A DNA stretch of 64,000 nt from Eledone cirrhosa (GCA_964016885.1 OZ024752.1:6262001-6326000); one strand, 5' to 3'. Positions 1 to 14,413 are shown, counted from the first letter of the stretch. Translations and numbers: made by a program. Notes: generated from the letters alone by a model not told the origin.

Positions 1-146
1 GATGCTTTGAGCGTTTTAAGTTTTTTTAACAACCATTTACCATACCAATGATGAAATATTTGACACAATATGTAAACTCAAAGCATAAAATTAGATTTAG
101 AACTGCACAAAATTCTGCCCCAAAAATATTTATCAACCGTCTATTG

Positions 147-912
147 GACACGGATGTAGGATGTATGTGGTAATATAGGAACTTACTAAGATAGAGAGGT
201 GTATAGTACACGGATGTAGGATGTATGTGGTAATATAGGAACTTACTAAGATAGAGAGGTGTATAGTACACGGATGTAGGATGTATGTGGTAATATAGGA
301 ACTTACTAAGATAGAGAGGTGTCTGGTACACGGATGTAGGATGTATGTGGTAATATAGAAACTTACTAAGATAGAGAGGTGTATAGTACACGGATGTAGG
401 ATGTATGTGGTAATATAGGAACTTACTAAGATAGAGAGGTGTCTGGTACACGGATGTAGGATGTATGTGGTAATATAGGAACTTACTAAGATAGAGAGGT
501 GTATGGTACACGGATGTAGGATGTATGTGGTAATATAGAAACTTACTAAGATAGAGAGGTGTATAGTACACGGATGTAGGATGTATGTGGTAATATAGGA
601 ACTTACTGTGATAGAGAGGTGTCTGGTACACGGATGTAGGATGTATGTGGTAATATAGGAACTTACTAAGATAGAGAGGTGTATAGTACACGGATGTAGG
701 ATGTATGTGGTAATATAGGAACTTACTGTGATAGAGAGGTGTCTGGTACACGGATGTAGGATGTATGTGGTAATATAGGAACTTACTAAGATAGAGAGGT
801 GTATAGTACACGGATGTAGGATGTATGTGGTAATATAGGAACTTACTAAGATAGAGAGGTGTCTGGTACAAGGGTGTAGGATGTATGTGGTAATATAGGA
901 ACTTACTGTGAT
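147..912. repeat. 60-bp minisatellite, ~12.7 copies
   Basis: Unit ACACGGATGTAGGATGTATGTGGTAATATAGGAACTTACTAAGATAGAGAGGTGTATAGT recurs in register on successive 60-nt lines. Confidence 0.95.
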
Positions 913-1407
913 ATATATATATATTTATATATATATATACATATATATATATATGTGTGTGTATATAAATATATACATATATACATACATATATAAATAT
1001 ATATATATATATATATGTGTGTGTATATAAATATATACATATATATATATACATACATATATAAATATATATATATACATACATATATAAATATATATAT
1101 ATACATATATAAATATATATACATATATAAATATATATATATACATACATATATAAATATATATATATACATACATATATAAATATATATATATACATAC
1201 ATATATANNNNNNNNNNNNNNNNNNNNNNNNNNNNNNNNNNNNNNNNNNNNNNNNNNNNNNNNNNNNNNNNNNNNNNNNNNNNNNNNNNNNNNNNNNNNN
1301 NNNNNNNNNNNNNNNNNNNNNNNNNNNNNNNNNNNNNNNNNNNNNNNNNNNNNNNNNNNNNNNNNNNNNNNNNNNNNNNNNNNNNNNNNNNNNNNNNNNN
1401 NNNNNNN
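911..1407. repeat. (TA)n/(TACA)n microsatellite running into a 200-N assembly gap (1208-1407)
   Basis: Seen directly. Confidence 0.95.
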
Positions 1408-1540
1408 AGTCTTGGTCAACTTGTGTGTCCACTTTTTAATGGTGTTAAAGACTAGATGGCTTGTTACAGTCTTGGTCAACTTGTGTGTCCACTTTTTAAT
1501 GGTGTTAAAGACTAGATGGCTTGTTACAGTCTCGGTCAAC
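1408..1540. repeat. 60-bp tandem repeat emerging from the gap (2+ copies visible)
   Basis: AGTCTTGGTCAACTTGTGTGTCCAC... repeats at a 60-nt period. Confidence 0.85.
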
Positions 1541-2509
1541 TCTTATTCAGGCAAGATATATCAGGGAATCCTGTTTCAATTATACAGTCTTTTTCTTGCA
1601 TGATTCCTATACTAAAGACATTGTCATGTCTTCAATGTGACTAAAGTCTTCTCTATACTCTAGCTTGTTACCATTGAATTGCTAACCACTTTACAGAGTG
1701 TACTGGGTGCATTTTGTAGTGGCACCATCATTAGTGAGGATGTGTCCTTGATAAGACTAAAGGGTCCTCTCTACCTTAAGTTGTCTATGTGATCACCTAC
1801 CATTGGGTCTGTTTTAGTGACACCAAAAACAATAACATGTTGTCAGGTGCTCTGCAAGGCTAAGGGGTTATGGTATGGACCTATAACTCTTGAGGGAGTC
1901 ATAGGGGCACTATATTGACATACAGGTATTTCTTAAGACATTTTTAAACCTGGCAGAGCCCATCTCCTCTCCAGATCTGAATGGAGCAGATTTCTTCTAG
2001 AGAAGGAGAGAGAGGTATAGAGGAAGAATGGACCTCAGTAGTAGACTGGTACTTTTTTTTATCAAACTCAAATGAATAAAAGGCAAAGTTGACCTCAGCG
2101 GGATTTGAACTGAGACAGCAGAGAGCTGAAATGAATAGTACAGAGCACTCAATATGCCAGCTATGGGTGGTATCTACTCTAAATGGTTTCTGTTCTTTCA
2201 AGGTGAATGATAATAGAGGGGTGGCAAAGTGGTGACTAAGGAAAACAGGAGAGAGATGAATATTTATTAAAAAGAAAAAAGATATTTAGTAGAGAAGCAT
2301 GAAGTCCAGTAAAGTTTCTTACATAAGATGCTAATTAGTTGTGGGTGTTATTAATAGCAATACTTTTAATCTTTTGTACTTTGACAAACAACTGAAATAA
2401 TCAGCAATTTACAGTGTAAAGATTTAGTTACAGGTTCAGTTCCATATTACTAGTTTATAAATTGTTGTTTTAAAGAAAAATAGTTTTAGGTTTCTTCACT
2501 AAACTTTAA

Positions 2510-2565
<56 letters not shown>

Positions 2566-2567
2566 GT

Positions 2568-2690
2568 GGAGGCACGTGGGTGAGTGGTTAGAGAATTGGA
2601 TTCGCAATCATGTGGATGTGGGTTCGATTCCCAGACCAGGCGATGCATTATATCCTTGAGCAAGACACTTTATTTCATGTTGCTCCTTCT
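2568..2690 (+). mobile_element. tRNA-derived SINE head (5' part)
   Basis: GGAGGCACGTGGGTGAGTGGTTAGAG (A-box like), GGTTCGATTCC (B-box) and CCTTGAGCAAGACACTTTATTTCA core; same family as 41392-41740. Confidence 0.75.
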
Positions 2691-2947
2691 ACCTGGAGTT
2701 GCGACTGATTAGATAGTATGACCAATGGAAACATTGTTTCCTCGGTCCGATTTGACGAAAGTCGATCGAATGTCAATATATATATATATATATTGTAATA
2801 TTTGGGGAGGGTCATATTGTTATAATATTGCCAGAAATATATAATAAAACACACTCACTGTTTGGTTGGGGTTGGTTTTATATCTCTGTAGTTAATTTAG
2901 CTGCCAATCAATGTTTATCATTGATTGGCCAACAGTTAAATATATAT

Positions 2948-3165
2948 CATCATCATCACCATTTTACGTCCGTTCTTCCACGCTAGCATGGGTTAGACGG
3001 GTTGTCCTGTTGTGGGCAGTGCCCGGTCGCCTGACCTTGTCTTGCTCATACCGGAACTGATTCTGGCTTGATTTCTACAGCTGGATGCCCTTCCTAACAC
3101 CAACCTCATTTACAGTGAGTGCTGGGTGCTTTTTTGCCATGGCACCTCCACGACCACTTTGCTGT
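2948..3165 (-). mobile_element. RTE LINE/SINE shared 3' tail, reverse orientation
   Basis: Reverse complement of the tail within 21170-21440 and 41527-41740; ends in a (GAT)n tail on the minus strand. Confidence 0.85.
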
Positions 3166-3229
3166 AGCCTCTCAGAGTTCTTTCGTCTCGAACCTTCACC
3201 CTGGCTTCCACCCTCTCTCCCACTGAACT

Positions 3230-4020
3230 CCAAAACTTTAGAATTGGTACCTTGAACGTAGGCACAATGAAAGGATGATCAAACGAAAGAAAGTTGATGT
3301 TTGCTGTGTACAAGAGGCTAGATGGAAGAGAGGGTCAGCTAGATTCATTGTGGGTAAAAAACGATGCTACAAATTTTTCTGGGTTGGTAATGACAATGGA
3401 CTGAGTTGTGTTGGAATTATGTTAGCAGAAAAATGAGTAGAGTGAATGACAGAATCATTAAAATTAGACCAGTTCTAAATAGGACAACTGTGTCAATCAT
3501 ATCCACTTATGCACCCCAATCTGGTCTACCAGACATTATAAAAGACAGGTTCTCTGAGTCCCTAAAGCACACCACTTCCCAAATAACCGACAGTGACTAT
3601 ATAATCATTGCTGGTGACTTAAATAGACATGTTGGACAATATTGTGATGGCTATAATGGTGTCCATGGAGGTTATGGGTTTGGTACTAGAAATGAGGAAG
3701 GTTTCAGGATCCTGGAATTCTGTGATGCCAATAACCTAACTATCTGTAACATTAACTTTAAAAAATGAGACAATCACTTGATCACCTATAGATCAGGGGA
3801 GCACACCAGCCAGATATATTTTATCCTTACCAGAAGATGAGACAGAATGTCTGTTGTAAATACATTCCCTTCCTGGTAAGGAATGCACCTCCCAACTTAA
3901 CCTAATAGTTAGCAACCTTATAGTTAGGGCTAGATGATCTCAATGACAGAGGACAACGTTGTGGAGAAGAATGTGGAAGTTGAAGGACTGAAGGACCCCA
4001 CAGCCAGAAACAAATCTAGA
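3230..4020 (+). mobile_element. Decayed RTE-clade LINE, AP endonuclease region
   Basis: Fragments RIGTLNVGTM, VQEARWK, STYAPQSG, IIAGDLNRHVG and GVHGGYGFGTRNEEGFRILEFC are typical of the RTE APE domain; stops and frameshifts present. Confidence 0.9.
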
Positions 4021-4739
4021 GACATGCTAGCATGGAAGATGGGCATTAAACGATGGTGATACTAGATGCTTTCAACAGTAAGGAAGAGCGAGAGGAGGCT
4101 GCATCAACACTGGTTTGGTGCTTTATCAACCCCCAAAAGGATGAAAGGTGAAGTGGACCTCAGCAGACACCCTCTCTACTGTCACATTGTTAACCCAGCA
4201 GGACATCTAGAATGTGACAGATAGGAGAACAAGAGTTACACTTATACTGAACTGGTGCTTTTTTTTATCAACCATGATAATATGAAAAGCAAAATGATTT
4301 TTGGCAGGATTTAAATTCAGAACACAGAAAACTGGAACAAATATCGTAGTGCAGTTTATCTGACTCTCTACGAACTGCCTATTGTCCACCTTGGAGCTAA
4401 ATATAGTTAATAGCAACACATTTACTGACCACATGCTTCTAACTGTAAAGAGATTGCTGTATAATTGATGTTGTAATTATTGAGCATTGTCAAGTGCACC
4501 AAAGTGTGCAGAGATATTTAGTAGTGGGAGAAGGTTGAAGGATGTCAACTGTGAAAATAGTATCACCATTTCATGTTTCTCTACTTGCATGGGTTAGACA
4601 TGTTGGCACGTTCTGAGGCTAGACGGGTTAGGTGACCATGTCTTGCTCATATGTGACATTTTGGGCTTGGTTTCTCTGGCTGGATGCCCTTCCTAATGTC
4701 AACCACATTACAGCTTGTATTGGGAGCATTGTTTTGTGT

Positions 4740-5143
4740 TAGAATACCAGCACTACCAACTTACAGGGTGGACTGGGTGTTTTGTGTCATGACACCAGCA
4801 CTACCACTTTACAGGGTGAACTGGGTGTTTTGTGTGGTGACACCACCACCACTACTTTACAAGATGGACAGGGTGTTTTGTGCCATGACACCAGCACTAC
4901 CACTTTACAGGGTGGACTGGGTGTTTTGTGTGGTGACACCACCACCACTACCTTACAGGATGGACAGGGTGTTTTGTGTCATGACACCAGCACTACCACT
5001 TTACAGGGTGTACTGGGTGCTTTATGTGGTAATACCACCACCACCACCACCTTACAGGATGGACAGGGTGTTTTGTGTCATGACACCAGCACTACCACTT
5101 TACAGGGTGTACTGGGTGCTTTATGTGGTAACACCACCACCAC
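4740..5143. repeat. 48-bp minisatellite (~8 copies, alternating A/B units) derived from the LINE/SINE tail
   Basis: Unit ~CCACTTTACAGGGTGGACTGGGTGTTTTGTGTCATGACACCAGCACTA, directly after CTGGATGCCCTTCCTAATG. Confidence 0.9.
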
Positions 5144-5450
5144 CTCACATAGTAATTAGTAGCTCATGCAATGATCCACAGTTTAATTAGATGACCTCAA
5201 CTTCGTTAACACCAGTAGCTTCACAGATGATCAACTATTTATTAACATGTTGGCACAATTGCTCCAATTAGCGGAGAAATCTATGAGTAGGTAGCTATGT
5301 TGTGCCACATACATTCTAGTCTTAGAGAACAACAAAAAGGATGTTTCACCTTAGAAAGAGGGATGACTCAAGAAGAGAAGCATATAAAAAGTCATATTTA
5401 TTAGAATGATTCTACCTTCAAAGGATGCCTCGTTCATTTAATTCCAGTTA

Positions 5451-5619
5451 CCGTATTTCCAGGCATCGAAGATGCTACTTATTTCCTAAAATAAGTCTCA
5501 AAAATCCACCATGGGTCCTGGAGGCCGAAGGTTGTTTATTATTTTTGTTTCAAATTTTTGGTTGTCAAAATTAGGGTGCGTCCTCAAGGACAAAGTGTCT
5601 TCAGTGCCGGGAAATATGG
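5451..5619. mobile_element. MITE, Tc1/mariner-pogo type
   Basis: Imperfect TIR CCGTATTTCCAGGCATCGAAGA / TCTTCAGTGCCGGGAAATATGG, flanked by TA on both sides. Confidence 0.7.
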
Positions 5620-6016
5620 TAATATTGCTTTGGCTAGGGGGAATTGATGTCATCCAACTGTGCCCAACATCTAATGAGTGTTTTGTCTTTGAACCATAAC
5701 AATCCCCTCCCCATTAGTGGCCAGTAATGACCAAATCACTGCCCATCTTCTTCTTCTTTCCAAATAATCTCCTCTCTCCTGTTCCAACAACAGACTCTGT
5801 TGCCATTCTAATTCTTCAACTTACCACTGCCTTCTTCTCTCTTCCTTTCATTCATCTCTGGAAACCTGATTAATTTTTCATTAAGAAATCTAAATCAGGG
5901 CTGTGCCACATATTCCATTGACGGGCCACTTTTGAACATTGGAACAACTATTAGGGCCATTAATATTTATTAAGCACTATTCCAAAGATTCACCACAACT
6001 TCTTTCCATAACATGG

Positions 6017-6460
6017 AACTGGGAAATTATAACACACATAACCCTATCAGTGAAGCCCTTTAGTATAGGTCAACTGGGAAACTATAACACACATAACCCT
6101 ATCAGTGAAGCCCTTTAGTATAGGTCAACTGGGAAATTATAACACACATAACCCTATCAGTGAAGCCCTTTAGTATAGGTCAACTGGGACACTATAACAC
6201 ACATAACCCTATCAGTGAAGCCCTTTAGTATAGGTCAACTGGGAAATTATAACACACATAACCCTATCAGTGAAGCCCTTTAGTATAGGTCAACTGGGAA
6301 ACTATAACACACATAACCCTATCAGTGAAGCCCTTTAGTATAGGTCAACTGGGAAATTATAACACACATAACCCTATCAGTGAAGCCCTTTAGTATAGGT
6401 CAACTGGGAAATTATAACACACATAACCCTATCAGTGAAGCCCTTTAGTACAGGTCAACT
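6017..6460. repeat. 55-bp minisatellite, 8 copies
   Basis: AACTGGG starts at 6017, 6072, 6127 and so on. Confidence 0.95.
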
Positions 6461-6719
6461 AATAGAAAATTGTTTTACGGTTACGAAAAAAATTCTAAAT
6501 AAGCCTACAAGGTTTATTTAGAAAAATTCTAAATAAGCCTACAATAAGCCTACAAATTAAAGACGGTGATCACGGACCACTCTTACTGGTCTGGCGGACC
6601 GGATTGTGGCCTGCAGGCCGGATTGTGGCCCGCGAGTCGCCTGTTGCATGCCCCTGGTCTAAATCTATTCATGAGTTAATGATATTAATATTATTATTAA
6701 TATTTGATTACGGACTTTA

Positions 6720-6843
6720 TGGTCTGAGTTCAAATCCCGCCGAGGTTAACTTTGCCTTTCATCCTTACGGGGTTGATAAAATAAAGTACCAGTAATGTAC
6801 TGTGTAATTGCTGGCCTTGTGCCAAAAGTGGAAACAATTATTA
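6720..6843 (+). mobile_element. SINE family B, 3' part
   Basis: CTGAGTTCAAATCCCGCCGAGGTTAACTTTGCCTTTCATCC...GATAAAATAAAGTACCAGT...GCTGGCCTTGTGCC. Other copies at ~2040-2150(-), 9894-10070(-), 30760-30890(-), 31036-31130(-), 48280-48410(-), 49503-49690(+), 60577-60970. Confidence 0.85.
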
Positions 6844-7151
6844 ATATTTGATTGGTTTACAAGTAAACCCTCATAAAACACCACATGGTAGCTGACAACA
6901 TCATCCCTTTGTTCTAGTGGTAGCTGAGAGAAAACAATTGACAATTGTTTCGGAGTGTTTGCTGCTTATCAAGACTGTATATTCTCTTGTCACTGCTCAC
7001 CACTCAACTGCTACCAATACATAGTATTTTGTACTTTTCAAAAATGTCTTGTTAATGTGGTTTAATCCAAATGTTTAGAGTATCTTTACTAGTGGACAGA
7101 TCATTGTAAACATTCAGGATGTTGAATTAATGTTGTCTTTATTATTTATAG

Positions 7152-7282
7152 GTCTGTACCAAATAACGACCACATTGTTCAACTAAATGAACAGGTTAAC
7201 GAAGTTACACGCTTACTTAAGACCAATGTTGAAAAGATTGTTGAGCATGGAGATAAACTGGATCATCTCCAAACACGCTCAG
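7152..7282 (+). CDS. Synaptobrevin/VAMP-family SNARE, internal coding exon (SNARE motif N-half)
   Basis: tttatag|G...TCAG|gtaaga. Translates SVPNNDHIVQLNEQVNEVTRLLKTNVEKIVEHGDKLDHLQTRS and aligns without gaps to the VAMP motif QVDEV..IM..NV.KV.ER..KL..L. The upstream intron is phase 2; the first exon was not found. Confidence 0.9.
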
Positions 7283-7307
7283 GTAAGAGGTTTGGAAAAC
7301 AGGTGTG

Positions 7308-7379
<72 letters not shown>

Positions 7380-7544
7380 TCATCATTACCGTTTAATATC
7401 CATTTTTTTCACACTAGCATGGGTTAGACGAGTTGTCCTGTTGTGGGATAAGCCAAGTCAGATGACCACGTCCTGCTCATAGAGAACTAATTTTGGTTTG
7501 GTTTCTACAGCTGGATCACCTCCCTAATGCCAACCACAGTTACA

Positions 7545-8127
7545 ATGAATACTGGGTGCTTTTTGTTGTGACACCTACATGACCACTTTACAGTGTGTAC
7601 TGGGTGCTTTTTGTTGTGACACCTACATGACCACTTTACAGTGTGTACTGGGTGCTTTTTGTAGTGACACCTACAAGACCACTTTACAGTGTGGACTGGG
7701 TGCTTGTTGTTGTGACACCTTCACGACCACTTTACAGTGTGTACTGGGTGCTTTGTGTCATGACACCTACATGACCACTTTACAGTGTGGACTGGTTGCT
7801 TGTTGTTGTGACACCTACATGACCACTTTACAGTGTGGACTGGTTGCTTGTTGTTGTGACACCTACACGACCACTTTACAGTGTATACTGGGTGCTTTGT
7901 GTCGTGACACCTACATGACCACTTTACAGTGAATACTAGGTGCTTGTTGTCGTGACACCTACACAACCACTTTACAGTGTGGGCTGGGTGCTTTTTGTCG
8001 TGTCATCTACATGACCACTTTACAGTGTGGACTGGGTGCTTATTGTGACACCTACACAACCACTTTACAGTGTGGGCTGGGTGCTTTTTGTAGTGACACC
8101 TACATGACCTCTTTACAGTGTGGGCTG
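7545..8127. repeat. 48-bp minisatellite (~12 copies) in a VAMP intron, grown from a reverse LINE/SINE tail (7378-7545)
   Basis: Unit GACCACTTTACAGTGTGTACTGGGTGCTTTTTGTTGTGACACCTACAT. Confidence 0.9.
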
Positions 8128-8377
8128 AAAAGTTCATAGGCTGACCAAGATACTCTCATGGAATAACCAAATGAGATTTCTTTTTCAACATAGTCCCTGG
8201 AAATAAATATGCAGTCATTAATAAGAAGAGTTGAAATTAATGCCTGCAAGATTTCACAGCTCTAGCATCACTCCTTCATAATCAGCCTATGAACGTTTTA
8301 GCTGACCTTCATGTATCATACTTCAAATAAAAGTAGTTGAAATAAATATCTAAAACATTTTTTCTCTCTAATTCCAG

Positions 8378-8521
8378 AAAAACTCGAAGACTGTTCAGTC
8401 CATTTCCAGAGAAGTGCAACCAACGTAAGGAGGACGATGTGCTGGAAGAATGCCAAAGCTACTTTAGTTCTTGGATTTGTGATATTTTTGTTGCTTGCAA
8501 TTATTATTGGAATTATTGTAG
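8378..8521 (+). CDS. VAMP-family SNARE, exon with SNARE C-half, juxtamembrane region and TM helix
   Basis: ttccag|AA...GTAG|gtaaag, phase-compatible with the previous exon. Translates (E)KLEDCSVHFQRSATNVRRTMCWKNAKATLVLGFVIFLLLAIIIGIIV; (W/C)WKN plus a hydrophobic TM is the VAMP hallmark. VAMP8/VAMP4-like; orthology unresolved. Confidence 0.92.
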
Positions 8522-8619
8522 GTAAAGTAAACTCTGGTTATTACTTCTTTTACCTCAGCCATTTCATATGTAATCTTGGGTAATGACAGAAAAATACAAT
8601 TGCAAATACAAGCGGCCGA

Positions 8620-9042
8620 AATGGGGTTCCTTTGAAGGGTCATTGGAGTAACGTTACTCATTAGAGTGTGTAACTCGGAGATCAGAGAGTCACTCCAGGT
8701 AGAGCTGATACTCCTCTGAATTGAGAGATCACAGCTCTGATATTACAGGTATGTGGTTAGAATGTCTTGAGAAAGAATCACTGGAGAGTCACTCCAGGTA
8801 GAGGTGCTACTCCTCTGAATTGAGAGATCACAGCTCTGATATTACAGGTATGTGGTTAGAATGTCTTGAGAAAGAATCACTGGAGAGTCACTCCAGGTAG
8901 AGGTGCTACTCCTCTGAATTGAGAGATCACAGCTCTGATATTACAGGTATGTGGTTAGAATGTCTTGAGAAAGAATCACTGGACAGATTTTATGGGCAAA
9001 ATCCCCCAGCTGGAGACCCAGGGATAGAGCCTGAACAAGATG
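8620..9042 (+). mobile_element. Decayed RTE-type LINE C-terminal fragment with an internal 99-bp triplication (8685-8983)
   Basis: Degenerate GVTLL.RV.NSEIRESLQVE...IERSQL.YY..VVRM..ER motif; GAGAGTCACTCC at 8685, 8784, 8883. Same family in reverse at ~22900-23210 and ~50390-50650. Confidence 0.7.
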
Positions 9043-9220
9043 ATTACTGCTCCTTCTCCTTCCACTCTACTCTCACTACTCCTCTCAATTACAACAACTT
9101 AGTGTGACTCCCTCCTCTTCCTTCCACTCTACTCTCACTACTCCTCTCCTAACTCCTTAAGTCACTAGCAACTACTTGATTGTCTCCCTTGTGCTATTGA
9201 CACATTCATTTCAATTCACA

Positions 9221-9353
<133 letters not shown>

Positions 9354-9893
9354 ATCACCAATGTGGCTGGCTTCAGTAATGTAACTTAAGAATTATCAGA
9401 ATTGTGATCCTGCCTCAGTCAACTTTGACTTTCCTTCTTCCGGAGTTTTTGGTTCTGAGTTGAGGTCTGTAGTGGAAGACCAGACTGACATGAGCATGAC
9501 CTAGTAACTGGCCCATGTCAGGGCTTGTGACCATGTGAAATAAGGGGTTGTTGCTATCGACTTTCCTCTTCACTTCAAATTGCTGGCCTTGTGCCTAAAT
9601 CAGAAACCAATTTGTTATTTGAAGGTTGTGAATTGGCAATAATTGGTAGAGAATCGAACTCACAACCTCTCACTTACAAGCCCAATGCTCTAACTACTAA
9701 GCCATGCACCTTCAATAATTACCCGGGCCCTAAACACCCCAGAAATCAATGGAGCTTGCCGGGAAGTTCATATTCTGACTAATATTTCACCTTCAGTTTT
9801 AGTGATATCACACATCAGAGGCTGTGTTAAATGTTTTTAACAAGTTTCATTAGAACCTTTGATGCTGTCAGGGACTATAAACACTGTCTATAC

Positions 9894-10070
9894 TTTTGGC
9901 ACAAGGCCAGCAATTATCCCAGTGCATTACTGGTACTTTATTTTATCGACTCCGTAAGGATGAAAGGCAAAGTTAACCTCGGTGGGATTTGAACTCAGAA
10001 TGGCAAGGGCCGTAACTCTATTCGTCAAAGCATGGCGTCCGACCCTCTACTGATTCTGCTAATCCAGCAG
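9894..10070 (-). mobile_element. SINE family B, near full length, reverse
   Basis: Reverse complement of the 6720-6843 and 49503-49690 family. Confidence 0.85.
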
Positions 10071-10114
10071 ACTGTTAATGTTAACTAATTAATTTATTTT
10101 TCGGTCTTTTTCAG

Positions 10115-10200
10115 GAGTGGTGTATAAAAAAGATGACAAATCTCATTCCTCGACTCCAGTACCACACACAACTTCACATTATCAGCCGTTTGTTTCTTAA
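10115..10200 (+). CDS. VAMP-family SNARE, terminal coding exon (end of TM plus luminal tail)
   Basis: Pyrimidine tract ...tctttttcag|GA; phase 1 matches the previous exon. Translates (G)VVYKKDDKSHSSTPVPHTTSHYQPFVS*. Confidence 0.75.
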
Positions 10201-10494
10201 ACTGTCCAAATACTATGTAGTATCAACCACCATCTCTATCTTACTCCACATCAACCAATATCTATAGGTGTATATATATATATCTATATATCTATATATA
10301 GAGAGAGAGATAAATCAGAACGGATGCAGTAAAAACTAGTTAGACCATTACTCACCAGGGTACTCAATACTTGGGGTAGTAGAGTGGGTAATATGAAGGA
10401 TTCAGGACCCCAACAGCTGAGCTCTGGCCATTTCAACAGCTAGATCCGGATCAAGTTGTTGAAACAGCAGGAGCTCAGCCATTGGGCGCCTGAA

Positions 10495-10579
<85 letters not shown>

Positions 10580-10968
10580 TCTCTCTCTGTAGAAGTTATA
10601 TTTAATTTGTTGGGATACAACAAGCAAATATTTTTATAACTGATATAAAGCACTCAACAAATTTTTGGAGTAAAAATACAATATATTAATAAATGGAAAC
10701 TATATTTATAAAACCATATTTATTTCATTATACATATTTCAAGGACACCAAAGCAAATTATGGTGCACTTTCATCAGATAAAATATAATATAGATCAGTT
10801 TTTCCAACGGCTTAATTTAAATGTATGGGATTTAAACATCTCCGACACTAATTTGCATAATAGACCAATAATAAAATTAATAACCCCACTATCTGGGAGC
10901 TTCCAACAGACATGGTTGCATTCTTTTAAGGGTATGTCAATATTTGTTTATAAAACTGATCTATATTA

Positions 10969-11033
10969 TATTTTATCTGATGAAAGCGCACCATAATTTG
11001 CTTTGGTGTTCTTGAAATATGTATCATGAAATA
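10969..11033 (+). ncRNA. Type I hammerhead ribozyme-like motif in the right arm of a ~128-bp inverted repeat
   Basis: Stem I TATTTTAT/ATGAAATA, CTGATGA (10977), stem II AAGCGCACCA/TGGTGTTCTT, GAAA, short stem III ATA-TG-TAT, triplet AUC. Confidence 0.6.
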
Positions 11034-11071
11034 TATATGGTTTTATAAATATAGTTTCCATTTATTAATAT

Positions 11072-11114
<43 letters not shown>

Positions 11115-11193
11115 GTTTCACAACATTTAATTCACCATTTCTGAGAACAATTTGTTTCACCTTAGACGGATCATCAGCTCAGTTTTAAAAGAA

Positions 11194-11237
11194 TCTGAGC
11201 TGATGATCTGTTTAAGGTGAAACAATTTGTTCTTAGA
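11194..11237 (+). ncRNA. Minimal type I hammerhead-like motif in a fold-back (11139-11238)
   Basis: TCTGAG-CTGATGA-TCTGTTTAAGGT-GAA-ACAATTTGT-T-CTTAGA; weak stem II, near-palindromic stem III. Confidence 0.55.
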
Positions 11238-11329
11238 AATGTTGTGGAACTTTTTCTACCAAACTCATCCCATGGACTGAGTGCTCTACTACTACGGATA
11301 TTACCCCCCCAGTGTTCTACTATTGTGTG

Positions 11330-11366
<37 letters not shown>

Positions 11367-11450
11367 ATAATATATATATATAATACAAGGACGATTTGTT
11401 AAGTCTTCATTATGTTTATTGATTGGTGATGCGGGTTTCGCTACTGATCA

Positions 11451-11503
<53 letters not shown>

Positions 11504-11804
11504 TATTACATTCCCATCTCATCATCTTCTTTCTGGTTTGAGAAATGGAAAAAGTGTTATTTTCTGGAGTTTCCAGCTGTATTCCAGCATGACCGCAGTC
11601 GAACTAAAAACTAGTAAAATATTTTTTTTTTTTTTTTCTTTTAAATCCTAAACTTTCCAGTGATTCCTCTGTTTCTCTTTAATAACCGTATTGCTTCCTT
11701 ATTGTGATGTAAACAAACTATTTGGGGAGCGTTTCACCATTCTAGAAACATACTCACCTTCAATTCAACTTAATTCAAAAATTATAATTCAAAAATTATA
11801 ATTA

Positions 11805-11840
<36 letters not shown>

Positions 11841-12020
11841 CGTTATTTTTCATTTGTTTTTTGTATTTTTTTTTCTTTCTTGAGCAATATTTTATCATTT
11901 GCTAATGGAGAATTATATTTTTATACAATCTTTGAGTAAATCACATGTAAAATATGTTATATTATCATTTTAAATTTGGTTTATTTAACCAGCTTATATT
12001 GACATTAAAATTGCCAAACA

Positions 12021-14413
<2,393 letters not shown>

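Noticed and set aside
1-7151. First exon or longin domain of the VAMP gene
   Set aside because: No supportable ATG exon with a phase-2 donor was found; it may be very short, in the N gap, or upstream of the window. No gene symbol was assigned for this reason.
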